DNA of 64,000 nt from an uncultured Lachnospiraceae bacterium. GTDB taxonomy: Bacteria > Bacillota > Clostridia > Lachnospirales > Lachnospiraceae. The notes below the pieces were generated by a model, which made no database searches, was not told the origin of the DNA, and was given only the letters and a program-made list of their open reading frames with translations. Location of the stretch: contig CAJUJG010000012.1 of assembly GCA_910586715.1 (NCBI GenBank), forward strand, positions 3,482 through 67,481. The letters are read 5' to 3'. The translations under genes and the position numbers were made by a program. Positions 8,134 through 18,741 of the stretch are shown piece after piece. Within the stretch, counting starts at the first letter, position 1; each line of letters starts with the position of its first letter.

Positions 8134-10504
8134 ATTTCATCGGGGAACGGATTTCACACTTGACACCATATGTCACTTCTGCGGTGATTCGATACATAGT
8201 TTTATAGTCTGCGCCGTGCAGCAGCAATCCAGTCACTTCAAAGTCATGCAGTCCTGTCAAAGAAATCACATTGACAACATTTTCTTCTGCAAACGGTTCG
8301 ACCCACATCATTATCGGCCGCCCTTTCACAGCCTCTACCGCATTTTGCACATGCTCAATTCCTTCTCCATCACCATATAAAAGCAGGCTTTCATATGTTC
8401 CCATGTTGCTTGGCTCCCAAATGGATTTACCATAATGCTCCATCACCTTGTCATTGTCCAAGTCGCACCGGTATTGGTAATCTTCCTCCAAAGGCGATAG
8501 CTCCTCACAGCTTCCGACAATCGCTTCATGCGCGTCAATTTGTTCCTTAAAGAAAAGGCTGTTGTGCATAATGTCCTGCGCAAGCGCCCTGTAATCCTCC
8601 TTTGCGCATTCGGCAAGCGTTGTATCATATTGTTCGGGGAAAAGCATCAAGTCTGCCGATTCCACCTGCACCCCGTCCACATAACACGCCAAGCTGATAC
8701 CGCTATATATTTTTTTGCTATAATCGTACCGTGTACGGCACAGGTAATTTTTCCCCTCATAGGAAATCATACCAAACTCTTCTTTCACGGCGTCATAGCT
8801 GTTTGTCTTCTGATAGGTACCGTCTTCCTGTCCCTTGTAAAAAACATACTCCGTAAAGCCTGCCGAGCCGCCAAAATATTCCTCTGCGACAAGATCCAAA
8901 ATACCGTCATTATCCCCGTCTGTCGTTATCATAATGTAATCCCCTAATCTGTCCGCCCGAATCACATCGCTGCGCAGCGCTATGTTGTCTTTGGCAAGCG
9001 CAAGGGTCTCCTCCTTTGTTAATTCTTTGTCATTCATCAGTCCTTTTAACGTTTCCAATTCCGTGCCGTCAAGCATGGATTTTGTAATCAAGTCTAACAG
9101 CTCCTGTGGTATGGTTTCATTTTTTCTTTGGTTATCGTCGATTTTGTGGAGGTTTCCGTCGTTTTCTTCGGGAAGCATTCCGGCGTAGAACTGCTGATAC
9201 CGCTTTTGCACGCTTAAACTGTTTTGTTTCCACTCCTCGATTGTGAAAGTTTCATCAAACAGCACACGCTCAGCGCTTTCCCCATAAGCGCATATCCGCA
9301 CGCTGTCCTCGCGCACGTTTGCCGCACATTCACGCTTTTTCACCAACGCAGTCCCTTCCCATTTCCAAATATTCTCCGTTTGGTCGAACGCATCCCGAGA
9401 CGATTTCCCTTCAGCATCCTTTGCATATTCGACATTATAAGTCCATATGCTCTGTGCCTGCGGATAGTATTCTGCATTCCATGAATGCACCGAAAACTCC
9501 TCCGGTATCTGCGCTGCCTCATACACTTTTTTGTCTGCATTCCAAAGGTAAATCTTTGTTTCCGATATTGCCATATCAGGACAGCCGTCAAAATTGCAGT
9601 CCTCAAATGCAGGAGCGTCGTTCCATTCCCCATATGCAATATTTTGATACAGGGAAGTAAAATACCCGTCCTCAAACAACAGAATTACCCGCATCCTGTC
9701 TCTGATTATGTCTTGGCTTACCAAAAAGGACATATCGTCCTGCACATTGATTTTGCTGTAAAGTTTATCCGCATTGCGATACCTGGCGCCAAAATCGCAG
9801 ATGCCGTTTCCCCCCCGGACTGCCTTGTCATCAAGCAGCCCTCCAAAACTATAATCACATTCTTCCGAAAGCTCTTCCACAAGATAGACATCGTTCCCAT
9901 ATATCAGTATGTAACCATTGATATCGGGCTTTTCATAGCTGAGCAGGTAACAGCGTTCCTTTCCCCATGCATATCGCTCGCTAAGAACCGTGCCTGGCAG
10001 CAAATCCAGCAATGCACTGAAAAGCTCCATGATATTGCCGTATTCCGCATGGTAATTTGTAAGCCATATGCGCGGCGGAAACGGTCCACTATTGCCATAT
10101 CCCTCCCCCTCCCCAATTTTTTCCGCTCCTATGAGGTCTATCACGGCTGCGCTGCCAGCCATCTCCTGCTGCTGTGCGGTGACACCGTTGGGTAGCGTAA
10201 TACGAAGATTGCCGTAACACACTGCATCTGTCTCTATGACAAGTTTTGTGTCAAGCCGCTCTATCGCCGCAAATGACGCCGACAATTCCGGTCCGGCTTT
10301 GTCTTCCGCAGTCTGCGCTTCCTGGCCACTATTGGTATGCAGCTCGTCAGCGTTCGAAACAGCCTCGGCTGACGCGACCGTGCTTTGTGCCGTTTCCTGC
10401 AATGCGAGCGGCTGTGTGCTGCAGGCGGCAAGAAGCAGCGCAAGGATTATGATGCCCGTCAGCAGCACGGTCTTTTGGTTCAAATGGAATAATAACGGTT
10501 TCAT
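8132..10504 (-). CDS. Acidic lipoprotein of unknown function, paralog 3 of tandem trio
   Basis: Lipobox LLAAC; DCNFDG, DGDNDG and DLDND motifs; motif-level similarity to the two upstream genes. Confidence 0.8.
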   Translation of the reverse strand: MKPLLFHLNQKTVLLTGIIILALLLAACSTQPLALQETAQSTVASAEAVSNADELHTNSGQEAQTAEDKAGPELSASFAAIERLDTKLVIETDAVCYGNLRITLPNGVTAQQQEMAGSAAVIDLIGAEKIGEGEGYGNSGPFPPRIWLTNYHAEYGNIMELFSALLDLLPGTVLSERYAWGKERCYLLSYEKPDINGYILIYGNDVYLVEELSEECDYSFGGLLDDKAVRGGNGICDFGARYRNADKLYSKINVQDDMSFLVSQDIIRDRMRVILLFEDGYFTSLYQNIAYGEWNDAPAFEDCNFDGCPDMAISETKIYLWNADKKVYEAAQIPEEFSVHSWNAEYYPQAQSIWTYNVEYAKDAEGKSSRDAFDQTENIWKWEGTALVKKRECAANVREDSVRICAYGESAERVLFDETFTIEEWKQNSLSVQKRYQQFYAGMLPEENDGNLHKIDDNQRKNETIPQELLDLITKSMLDGTELETLKGLMNDKELTKEETLALAKDNIALRSDVIRADRLGDYIMITTDGDNDGILDLVAEEYFGGSAGFTEYVFYKGQEDGTYQKTNSYDAVKEEFGMISYEGKNYLCRTRYDYSKKIYSGISLACYVDGVQVESADLMLFPEQYDTTLAECAKEDYRALAQDIMHNSLFFKEQIDAHEAIVGSCEELSPLEEDYQYRCDLDNDKVMEHYGKSIWEPSNMGTYESLLLYGDGEGIEHVQNAVEAVKGRPIMMWVEPFAEENVVNVISLTGLHDFEVTGLLLHGADYKTMYRITAEVTYGVKCEIRSPMK

Positions 10505-10540
10505 CTGTGTTTGTACTCCCTTCTGTTTTTGCCAGTTTCT

Positions 10541-12991
10541 CTATCGTTGAACAGTGTTGTTATCGTACTCCTCACGTATGGTGTACACTGCGTCCGCAGT
10601 TATTTTGTATACGGTCTGTGTGCGTGTTCCTTCTATTAAGAATGCCGTAATTGCAAAGTCATCAAGCCCTGTCGGTTTTTTTGCGTTGTCATCGTGCTCT
10701 AGCCCCGTTCGGGAAATGACGTGAACGATTGTCTTGTTTTCATACAAATCCGCCCACATCATAATCGGCAATCCCTCTACCGTCTCGATTGCATCTTCAA
10801 CCGCTTGGATTGCGTCCCTAGAGGCATCTGTTCCCGTATCCTTTCCGGAAAAGCTGATATATTCCCGCATCGTGAGATTGCCCGGTGTCCAAACGGATTT
10901 CTCATACTGCTCCAAGGCGTCATCATTGTTCAAATCGCACTGGTATTCGTGCTTCTCAAGCGGCAGTTTTTCCTCCGCGCTGCCGATAATGTCGGCGTTT
11001 CGGTCCATTTTTTCTTTGTATGCACGGGCATTTTCCAGTGTTTCCTCCGCGAGCGTCCTGTACTTTTTTGATGCACATTCGGTAATTTTAAAATCATACG
11101 ATTTGGGCGTAAGCATCAAATTCCATATTGCCGCCTGCACACCGTCAATATAGCAGGTCAGGCTGATGCCGCTGTATTCCTTTGTGTCGTAGTCGTAAAG
11201 CCTGCGGCATAAATAATTTTTTTCGTCATAACGGATAAAGGAAAAGCTTTCCTGTACGGAATAGTAGGTACACGTCTTTTCAAAAGTGCCGTCCTCCTGC
11301 CCCTGATAAAAAACGTATTCCGTAAAGCCGCCGGTTCCGCCATAATAAATCTCCGCCACAATATCCGAAATGCCGTCGTTGTCCCCGTCAACCAAAAGCA
11401 TTGTGTAATCCCCCTCCGCTTCCGCACATTCGACATCATAGCGCAGGGAGAGATTATCCTTGGCAATGGCGAGGACTTTTTCCTTTGTTAATTCTTTGCC
11501 AATCCCAAGGGTATCCACAAGCACGTTTTCTTTACTTTCCAGTATGGCTTCTGAAACACTGTCCAAAAGCCCCTGCGGAATGGCTTCCTCCTTGTAGTCT
11601 ACCTTATGAAGCCTTCCCGCGTTTTTTGTCGAAAGGGCTCCCTCGTAGAATTTGCGATAGCACACCTGTACCGCATCGCTGTTTTGCTCCCACTCCGCAA
11701 TGGGGACAATTTCATCGTACAAAACGGTTTTGTCTTCATTATGATATGCATAGGCGCAAATCCGCACCGCTTCCTCCCGCACTTGCGCGGTACATTCACG
11801 CTTTTTTGTCAAGGTCGTCCCTTCCCACTGCCAAAGCGTTTCCGTATTGTCATATCGGTTCCAGTAAGTCGCACCGTCGGCGTTTACCACATAATCCGTA
11901 TCGTACGACCAAATGGTTTTTGTTTCGGGATAGCACTCGAAGTCCCAAGAAAAGGTTGGAAATTCTTCGGGCATTTGCGCTGCCTCAAATGTTTTTTTGT
12001 CTGTGTTCCAAAGCCATATTTCTGTCGGTTCTCCACTACGGAACAAAATCGCGTCCATGCTCCCGTCAAAATTGTAGTCCTCAAATTGGATTTCCGTGGG
12101 ATATTTCACAAAAACGTATTCCACAAACGGAGCCTTAAAGCTGCCGTCCCAATAAAGGGAAAGTCTGTCCGTTTCGCCTTTATAGGTGGTCAGCGCCGCC
12201 AACAGGGTACCGTCCTGCTCTGTTTTCCATTTTCTGATTTCAATGTAATCCGTATTCCTGTCTCTGGTATCAAGCGTCTGTATGCTGCTATCCCAATGAA
12301 CCCGACCGTCCCCAAGCAGCGCGTCAAAGCTGTAATTGTGCTCCGATAAAACCTCCTCGACGATGCAGACATCGCTGCCGCACACCAGTACGTAGCCGTT
12401 TTGGTAGGGCTTGCTGTAGGTGAACAGGTAGTGCAGATTGTCGCCCGTTTTGTCGCAAAGACGCAGGGTAACATCGGGCAGAACGTCAAGCAGTAAGCTT
12501 GCAAGCTGCCATTTGTTTTCGTATGACGCATTATAATACGAAAGCCAAAGGCGCGGCGGCAACGGTCCTTTTGTGCCGTAGCAGCCGTCCATATCCCTTA
12601 TTTGCTCCGCGCCGATTAGATCAATGACGCAGGCGGATTTATCGTCCGTTTTGGGAGTGGGTTGGCGCGCGGCTTTTGCGTCGAGGAGCGTGATGCAAAG
12701 GGCGCCGTAGTGCAGGGTGTTGTCGATTTGTTTGAATTCCGCATCAACGGGCATTATATATGTATCTTTCATTTTGGTAGTCGGCGTGGTTATGTATGGC
12801 GCGCTGTCGTTCAGTATTGCCATACGTTCTCCCGTTTCGTCCAACGCCGTCATAAGGGCTGCGTTTTCTTCTGTTGTAACTGCATTCGGCGCGCTTTCCC
12901 GTGACGCCGTCCGCCATACGATACACGCAGTCAGAATCATCGCGGCGATTATGATAATGGATATTTTGTTTTTGTATTTTCTGTTTTTCAT
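10541..12991 (-). CDS. Acidic lipoprotein/membrane-anchored protein, paralog 2 of tandem trio
   Basis: N-terminal hydrophobic segment ending ILTAC; PPRLW, DYNFDG, ETLWQWEGT and DGDNDGI motifs. Confidence 0.8.
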   Translation of the reverse strand: MKNRKYKNKISIIIIAAMILTACIVWRTASRESAPNAVTTEENAALMTALDETGERMAILNDSAPYITTPTTKMKDTYIMPVDAEFKQIDNTLHYGALCITLLDAKAARQPTPKTDDKSACVIDLIGAEQIRDMDGCYGTKGPLPPRLWLSYYNASYENKWQLASLLLDVLPDVTLRLCDKTGDNLHYLFTYSKPYQNGYVLVCGSDVCIVEEVLSEHNYSFDALLGDGRVHWDSSIQTLDTRDRNTDYIEIRKWKTEQDGTLLAALTTYKGETDRLSLYWDGSFKAPFVEYVFVKYPTEIQFEDYNFDGSMDAILFRSGEPTEIWLWNTDKKTFEAAQMPEEFPTFSWDFECYPETKTIWSYDTDYVVNADGATYWNRYDNTETLWQWEGTTLTKKRECTAQVREEAVRICAYAYHNEDKTVLYDEIVPIAEWEQNSDAVQVCYRKFYEGALSTKNAGRLHKVDYKEEAIPQGLLDSVSEAILESKENVLVDTLGIGKELTKEKVLAIAKDNLSLRYDVECAEAEGDYTMLLVDGDNDGISDIVAEIYYGGTGGFTEYVFYQGQEDGTFEKTCTYYSVQESFSFIRYDEKNYLCRRLYDYDTKEYSGISLTCYIDGVQAAIWNLMLTPKSYDFKITECASKKYRTLAEETLENARAYKEKMDRNADIIGSAEEKLPLEKHEYQCDLNNDDALEQYEKSVWTPGNLTMREYISFSGKDTGTDASRDAIQAVEDAIETVEGLPIMMWADLYENKTIVHVISRTGLEHDDNAKKPTGLDDFAITAFLIEGTRTQTVYKITADAVYTIREEYDNNTVQR

Positions 12992-13037
12992 GATAAGGTA
13001 ATCTCCCCGTTTCTTTCTTGCAGACTTTTTTGACGGC

Positions 13038-14981
13038 TTAATCTGCGCACTCCTGCCGCACCGCGTATGTCATGTAATCGTACTGAACGTCACCCTGCGC
13101 GGAAAAGAACAGCCTCACCGTTTCCACCGCAATTCCCTCCACATAGCACGCAAGGCTCATGCCATCCTTACTCCGGTACCCATAGGGCACGCGGCACACA
13201 TAATTGTTCCCATCATAAGAAAGCACATAAAATTCCTCTCCCGCAAAAGAATATTCGTCTGTCTTTTTGTATGTCCCGTCCTTCTGACCTTGATAAATCC
13301 CATAGTCCGTAAATTGGTCCGCGTTGTGGTAATATTCCTTGGTAAGAATGTCTGCAATTCCGTCATTGTCCACATCTGCCCACACCATATAATATTCAAT
13401 CTGTTCTTCTCCAAGCAAACAGCCGCGCAGTTCCAAACAGTCCTTCGATACGTCAATCGCCTCCTGCCTTGTTAAAACTTTGTCAACCATATTCTTTTGA
13501 AGAAATTCCGGCACCGTATGACTGCGCATGGCATCTGCAATTTTGTCCAAAAATGCCTGCGGAATATATTCCCTGCGGTTCTGACTGTATGTAACAGGAT
13601 GCAGCCAGTCGTCGTTAATTTCGGGCAGCAGCCCTGCATAAAAAGTCTGATAGCACGCCTGTACGCTGTCATTGTTCTGTTCCCATTCTGATCTGAAAAC
13701 GGTCTTGTCAAACAAAAGCGTTTCCGCGTTATCCGTATAATCATATGCCCAAATCCCAATCTCCTCATCGCGCGGCACAGCCGAACATTTGCGTTTTAGA
13801 ACCAGCGAGGTTCCTTCCCACTGCCAAAGCGTTTCCGTGCGCATATATGGGTCCCATGAATCCGCGGGCTTTTGTTCCTCATTGTATTGATATCCATAAA
13901 TGGTCTTTGTTTCTGCGTAACATCTTGTCTGATAAAAAAACTGTGGAAATTCTTCGGGAATCCCTGTCGCCTCGTATGTCATTTTCTCAGCGTTCCAAAG
14001 ATAAATGCCAATCGGTGCGGGCATAATCATGTCGGGACAACCGTCAAAATTGCAGTCTTTAAATTCAACCTGAATCGCCGATTCAGGAAACGAAAATATG
14101 CTTTCGGGCGAATTGAACTGTCCGTCACGATACAAAAATACCGTTCGGACACTGTCATTCTCTACAAACTGCACAGCCAGGAAGGTAACGGTTTCATCAG
14201 CTTTGACTTTCTCGTAAACGGTATTATTTTTCTGAAGGTATGTGCCTCCAATCTCAATTGTACCGTCTTCCCATCTGACCGCATCCTCGTCGAGCAGACC
14301 ATAAAAATATCGCTCTGCGGAATGCTCTTTTATGAGGTAAATGTCGTTTTTGTATACTACAGCATACCCGTTTTGATAGGGGAAATCATCGTATGTAAAC
14401 AGGTAACGGCGGGCGGCGGCGTCTTTGTGGCGGAGCATCAAAACAGTGTCGGGCAGAATGTCGAGCAATGCGCTTGTCAAATCGAGGTCATTCTCATAAT
14501 CGCCACGGTAGTGCGCAATCCAAAGACGCGGAGGAAAAGGGGCAGGAATGTCTTGCGGATCCTTTGGGTTTTCCGCGCCAACGAGGTCGAGGACGTACAT
14601 ATTTTGTTCGGGTGTCTGCTCTTCAATAAATACACCGTCGGGGAGCGTGATGTGGAGAGAACCGTAGTACAAGATATTACCGTCCTGTTTAGGAGAAGTG
14701 GTGTCCCGTATCAGCGTGGTTCGTGTTTTTATTTCCTGCCGCGTTTTTGAGGATTGTACTTCTTTTGGTGTTTCTTTTTGGGTTATTTCTTTCTTTGGTG
14801 TTTCTTCACTAATGCTTTCTTCAAATGTATTTGCATTTTCTGTAATTGAGGTATCTTCCTGCGGCGTCGGCGCTTGAAGCGCGCAGCCTGCAAGCAGCAT
14901 TGTGAAAATTATCACAATTGCAACTCCTTTTTTTGCACGATTTCTTTTTACAGGGGGGGCTTTTATCAATATGTTTTTCAT
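13038..14981 (-). CDS. Acidic lipoprotein, paralog 1 of tandem trio (shorter C-terminus)
   Basis: Lipobox LLAGC; T/E/K/P-rich linker; PPRLW, DCNFDG, ETLWQWEGT and DVDNDGI motifs. Confidence 0.8.
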   Translation of the reverse strand: MKNILIKAPPVKRNRAKKGVAIVIIFTMLLAGCALQAPTPQEDTSITENANTFEESISEETPKKEITQKETPKEVQSSKTRQEIKTRTTLIRDTTSPKQDGNILYYGSLHITLPDGVFIEEQTPEQNMYVLDLVGAENPKDPQDIPAPFPPRLWIAHYRGDYENDLDLTSALLDILPDTVLMLRHKDAAARRYLFTYDDFPYQNGYAVVYKNDIYLIKEHSAERYFYGLLDEDAVRWEDGTIEIGGTYLQKNNTVYEKVKADETVTFLAVQFVENDSVRTVFLYRDGQFNSPESIFSFPESAIQVEFKDCNFDGCPDMIMPAPIGIYLWNAEKMTYEATGIPEEFPQFFYQTRCYAETKTIYGYQYNEEQKPADSWDPYMRTETLWQWEGTSLVLKRKCSAVPRDEEIGIWAYDYTDNAETLLFDKTVFRSEWEQNNDSVQACYQTFYAGLLPEINDDWLHPVTYSQNRREYIPQAFLDKIADAMRSHTVPEFLQKNMVDKVLTRQEAIDVSKDCLELRGCLLGEEQIEYYMVWADVDNDGIADILTKEYYHNADQFTDYGIYQGQKDGTYKKTDEYSFAGEEFYVLSYDGNNYVCRVPYGYRSKDGMSLACYVEGIAVETVRLFFSAQGDVQYDYMTYAVRQECAD

Positions 14982-15018
14982 AATCGTTATCCCGTTCCTC
15001 CTGTTTACATTTTTCTAT

Positions 15019-15052
15019 ATTTTATCGAAAACATGCATCAAAGCTGCATCAA
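15019..15052 (-). promoter_or_regulatory. Putative regulator-dependent promoter of the lipoprotein trio
   Basis: TTGATGCA direct repeat with 11-bp period, just upstream of a TAAAAT -10-like hexamer. Confidence 0.4.
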
Positions 15053-15103
15053 GGATCAAAACAAAATGCATCTTATATGCGGCGCTTTCCTGTTGGAGGT
15101 GCC

Positions 15104-16774
15104 CTATCCCATTTCCACCACCCTGTCCGCAAGCGCAATCGTGGAAGGTCTGTGTGCAATCATAATAATCGTCATCTGCCGCTGCAGCTTTTTCATCGCA
15201 TCGTTCACAAGCTGTTCCGACTCGTTATCCAGTGCGGAGGTTGCCTCGTCGAGCAGCATAACCGGCGCGCGTTTTAAAATTGCCCGCGCAATCGCAATGC
15301 GCTGCCGCTGTCCGCCCGAAAGACGGCTGCCCCGCTCCCCTACCTCCGTATCGTATCCGTTCTCCAAATTTACAATAAAACCGTGCGCGTTTGCAAGCCT
15401 TGCAGCCTCCATAACCTCCTCGTCCGTTGCGTCCAGCCTGCCCATACGGATATTTTCCATGACACTTCCGTAAAATAAATACGGCTCCTGCGGCACATAG
15501 GCAATGTTCTGCCGCCACTCTCTTTTCGTCATGCTCAACACGTTCTTCCCTTCAATACAAATACTGCCGCTTTTTATGGGATATAACCCCAAAAGCAGCT
15601 TGGAAACGGTCGTCTTTCCGCAGCCTGACGCTCCCGTAATTGCCACGCATTCGCCCTGCCGGATGTTCATACAGAACTGATTTAACAGCAATCCGTCCTG
15701 CTGTGCTGCCGTTTCGTATGAAAAATCAATGTCCTGCATACTCACTGCCATATCTGAATTGCCGTTATCCGCCGCCTTTAATCCGCCCATGTGCTCCGGC
15801 TCGCGTTCCTCCTCCAAAAAATCAAAAATGTTCTGCGCATATGCAAGATAGGCAATCAACTCGGGAAAATATTTTCCAAGCTCCAAAAACTGATCCGAAA
15901 ATCTGCCATATAAAGTATAAATCGCCGCAAGCGCGCCAAGTGTTGTAAATCCCTTCTGTACAAAAAACACACCAAGGAGCAGAAAAACTAACATGCACAG
16001 CAAATCAAACCCGTTGCTGCTGCTCGACAATATTGCATTGAAAAAGATACCGCGTCTTGATTTTCTGACATATTTGTCATTTTCCTTGATATACGACTGC
16101 ACGGTCTGCTCTCCCGTCCGATACATACGCGCCTGCTCCATACCCTGCAATAAGTCGGACAGCCGCTGCGTCATTTGACTGTTAATGCCCGAAAGGCTGC
16201 GGCTTACACGGCGCATCGGCTCCGCCATCAGCATGTCAATCGCAAGCATGATGCCGTTTACCGCCACAAGACAAAGCGTAAGCTGCCAGCTTAACAGGAG
16301 CATGGGCACAAGAAATACAATGACCTGCAAAAACGGCGTCATCGTGCGGCGCAGGCGTGAGCCGTAAATATCTCCCATGCGTCCCAAATCAAAAGAAACC
16401 TTTGACATAATTTCCCCGCTGTGATGTTTTTCATAATACGCATAAGGAAGTTTCATTTCCAAATCCAGCACCTTTTCATAAATCACGCCGTACACACGCT
16501 TCGCCTCGACGTTATAGCGGACACAAAAAAACCGATATATCAGAAGTGAAATCCCGCCGCCTGCCACGATTGCAAGAATTGTTCCAATCAGACGGCGCAT
16601 ATCCCCTGTCGGCGCAATGTCAACGACACATTTCATCAACAATGCCGAAAACACGCCGAACATTGCAAGGGATGCACTCAACATCACAATCGAAACCAAA
16701 TATAAAACACTTCTCTTTCCCATAACCCGGATTGTTCTCACAAGCAGGTTCCATGTACTGATTTTCTTTTTCAT
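15104..16774 (-). CDS. ABC transporter, fused permease/ATPase (half transporter)
   Basis: N-terminal transmembrane domain; GASGCGKT, LSGGQRQR and LLDEATSALD motifs; start placed after GGAGG. Confidence 0.9.
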   Translation of the reverse strand: MKKKISTWNLLVRTIRVMGKRSVLYLVSIVMLSASLAMFGVFSALLMKCVVDIAPTGDMRRLIGTILAIVAGGGISLLIYRFFCVRYNVEAKRVYGVIYEKVLDLEMKLPYAYYEKHHSGEIMSKVSFDLGRMGDIYGSRLRRTMTPFLQVIVFLVPMLLLSWQLTLCLVAVNGIMLAIDMLMAEPMRRVSRSLSGINSQMTQRLSDLLQGMEQARMYRTGEQTVQSYIKENDKYVRKSRRGIFFNAILSSSSNGFDLLCMLVFLLLGVFFVQKGFTTLGALAAIYTLYGRFSDQFLELGKYFPELIAYLAYAQNIFDFLEEEREPEHMGGLKAADNGNSDMAVSMQDIDFSYETAAQQDGLLLNQFCMNIRQGECVAITGASGCGKTTVSKLLLGLYPIKSGSICIEGKNVLSMTKREWRQNIAYVPQEPYLFYGSVMENIRMGRLDATDEEVMEAARLANAHGFIVNLENGYDTEVGERGSRLSGGQRQRIAIARAILKRAPVMLLDEATSALDNESEQLVNDAMKKLQRQMTIIMIAHRPSTIALADRVVEMG

Positions 16775-16852
16775 TTTTGCCTCCATGCTCCCTTCGTTTT
16801 CCCACAAGTGAAAAATGCCTTTTATGACATTTTCGGGCATAAAGAGCATTTC

Positions 16853-18592
16853 TTAGCCTGCGTCTTTTACAGATTCAGAAATATTCTTCATGCTGTACAT
16901 CTTCGCATAAACGCCGCCCGCATCGAGCAGTTCTGTGTGCGTTCCGTTTTCCACAATTTTCCCGCCGCTTAAAACATAAATGCAGTCTGCATTCTGTATC
17001 GTTGAAAGCCTGTGCGCTATGGTGATACAGGTGCGCCCCTCCATCACGTTTTCAAGCGCCTTTTGTATCAGATCCTCCGTTTCCACGTCAACCGCCGAGG
17101 TCGGCTCGTCCAGCAATAACACCGGAGCATTTTTTAAGATTGCCCGCGCAATCGAAATCCGCTGTTTCTGACCGCCCGAGAGCAGCGCGCCGCGTTCTCC
17201 TGTAATCGTCTGATAACCCTGCGGAAGCGTCATGATAAAATCATGAATCTGTGCCTTTTTACACGCTTCGACAATTTCCTCCTGCGTCGCGTCAGGATTG
17301 CCGTAACCGACATTTTCGGCAACCGTCGCCGGAAAGAGAAAGACATTTTGTGACACCAATGCCAAACGCTCCCTTGCCGCCTGCGCGTTCCACTCGGAAA
17401 TCTCCCTTCCGTAAAGCTTGTAACTGCCGCTCTTTGGCGCATAAAACCCACATAAAAGATTAAATATTGTACTCTTTCCGCCGCCCGACTCCCCGACAAA
17501 CGCTATGTTTTCCCCTGCTCTGACCGTAAGGTTCACACCGTCTAATACCGTACTGTCCTGCATATATGCAAAACAAAGGTCTTTCAATGAAATTATGACA
17601 TCTGTGTCAGTTTTTCCCTCCGTTTCATCTCCGCTGATTTCATCAGGCGTATTTAAGATTTCCTCAATCCGCTTAATACACACGATATTTCCGGCAGCGT
17701 CCACAAAGCACCATGGAATGCCGATAAACGACTGCACCATCTTCCCAAGCACAACGATAAACGCGAGCAGGCTTCCAAGACTGAACACGCCCCGCCCCAC
17801 AAGCACGACGCAGTACACCGCACAGATAATATTCGGCAGCCATTGTATCATGTTTCTCACAACGATTGCCGTATTGGAAAGACGTGTCCGCTTTTCCTCA
17901 TTGTCCACCAACGCCTTTGTCGCTTTTTGCATCTGCCCCTGAAAATAATCCTCAAGCCCAAAACTGCGCAGCACCAAAATGCCGCTAAGCGCGTCCTGTG
18001 CGATGCCTGTAATCGCGTCGGACTTTGCACGGTATGTACCGCTTAAAACGCTAATCTTTTTTACCAGCGTACCCGCAATCCAAAAGACCGCAGGATAACT
18101 GACCAGCATGACAATCAGCAGACTTAGGTTCATACTTCCGATGTACACGGCGTAGATGATAACTGCCGTAATGTCACTAATCAGCATCGGCAGGGGATAT
18201 TGCAGAAAGCTCTCCGCCTCTGCCATATCCGAATTGATTTTATTGATAATCGTTGCCGTATTTTCATTTTTAAGATATGCATATTCAATATGATAAAGCT
18301 TCTGCACGACACGCTTTCTGTACGTGCCCGACACCTTCACACTGTATAACCCTGCAAGCTGCTGCCCTAAAAACGCAAGCGCAAAGCCCGCAGCCGTAAT
18401 CGCAATAAACTCCGGCAAAAACACATCAAGCCGAACCTCATTTCCGCTGAGCATTTCATCAATGACGCTGCCAATCACGCTGTTTCCCCGCACAATGGCG
18501 AGATTGAGCATGCAAACGCAGACCACTGCGCCAAGCAGAAGGTAACTGTATTGCATCATGTAACTTAAAAAATACCGTTTTCGTTTTTTCAT
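16853..18592 (-). CDS. ABC transporter, fused permease/ATPase (half transporter)
   Basis: Transmembrane domain plus GESGGGKS, LSGGQKQR and LLDEPTS motifs. Confidence 0.9.
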   Translation of the reverse strand: MKKRKRYFLSYMMQYSYLLLGAVVCVCMLNLAIVRGNSVIGSVIDEMLSGNEVRLDVFLPEFIAITAAGFALAFLGQQLAGLYSVKVSGTYRKRVVQKLYHIEYAYLKNENTATIINKINSDMAEAESFLQYPLPMLISDITAVIIYAVYIGSMNLSLLIVMLVSYPAVFWIAGTLVKKISVLSGTYRAKSDAITGIAQDALSGILVLRSFGLEDYFQGQMQKATKALVDNEEKRTRLSNTAIVVRNMIQWLPNIICAVYCVVLVGRGVFSLGSLLAFIVVLGKMVQSFIGIPWCFVDAAGNIVCIKRIEEILNTPDEISGDETEGKTDTDVIISLKDLCFAYMQDSTVLDGVNLTVRAGENIAFVGESGGGKSTIFNLLCGFYAPKSGSYKLYGREISEWNAQAARERLALVSQNVFLFPATVAENVGYGNPDATQEEIVEACKKAQIHDFIMTLPQGYQTITGERGALLSGGQKQRISIARAILKNAPVLLLDEPTSAVDVETEDLIQKALENVMEGRTCITIAHRLSTIQNADCIYVLSGGKIVENGTHTELLDAGGVYAKMYSMKNISESVKDAG

Positions 18593-18741
18593 CTCCGTTT
18601 TTCCTCTCTTATCCTGTATAAATATAAACATATCACATTATAGTATAAATTTCTTTCGATTTATTGCATACTGCATTGACTTTTTTACAATTATATGTCA
18701 TTTTAATCAATATAGCAATCTTTAAAAAGGAGACATACACA

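Noticed and set aside
14755..14810. Imperfect 15-nt repeats encoding ETPKKEITQKETPKE
   Set aside because: Ordinary low-complexity lipoprotein linker.
8132..14981. Diversity-generating retroelement or invertase shufflon acting on the lipoprotein trio
   Set aside because: No reverse transcriptase, adenine-specific template/variable repeat pair, recombinase or inverted crossover sites seen in the window.
16772..16787. 16-nt identity (CATGGAGGCAAAAATG, minus strand) with 58789-58804
   Set aside because: It consists mostly of RBS, A-rich spacer and ATG, so convergence is the likely explanation.
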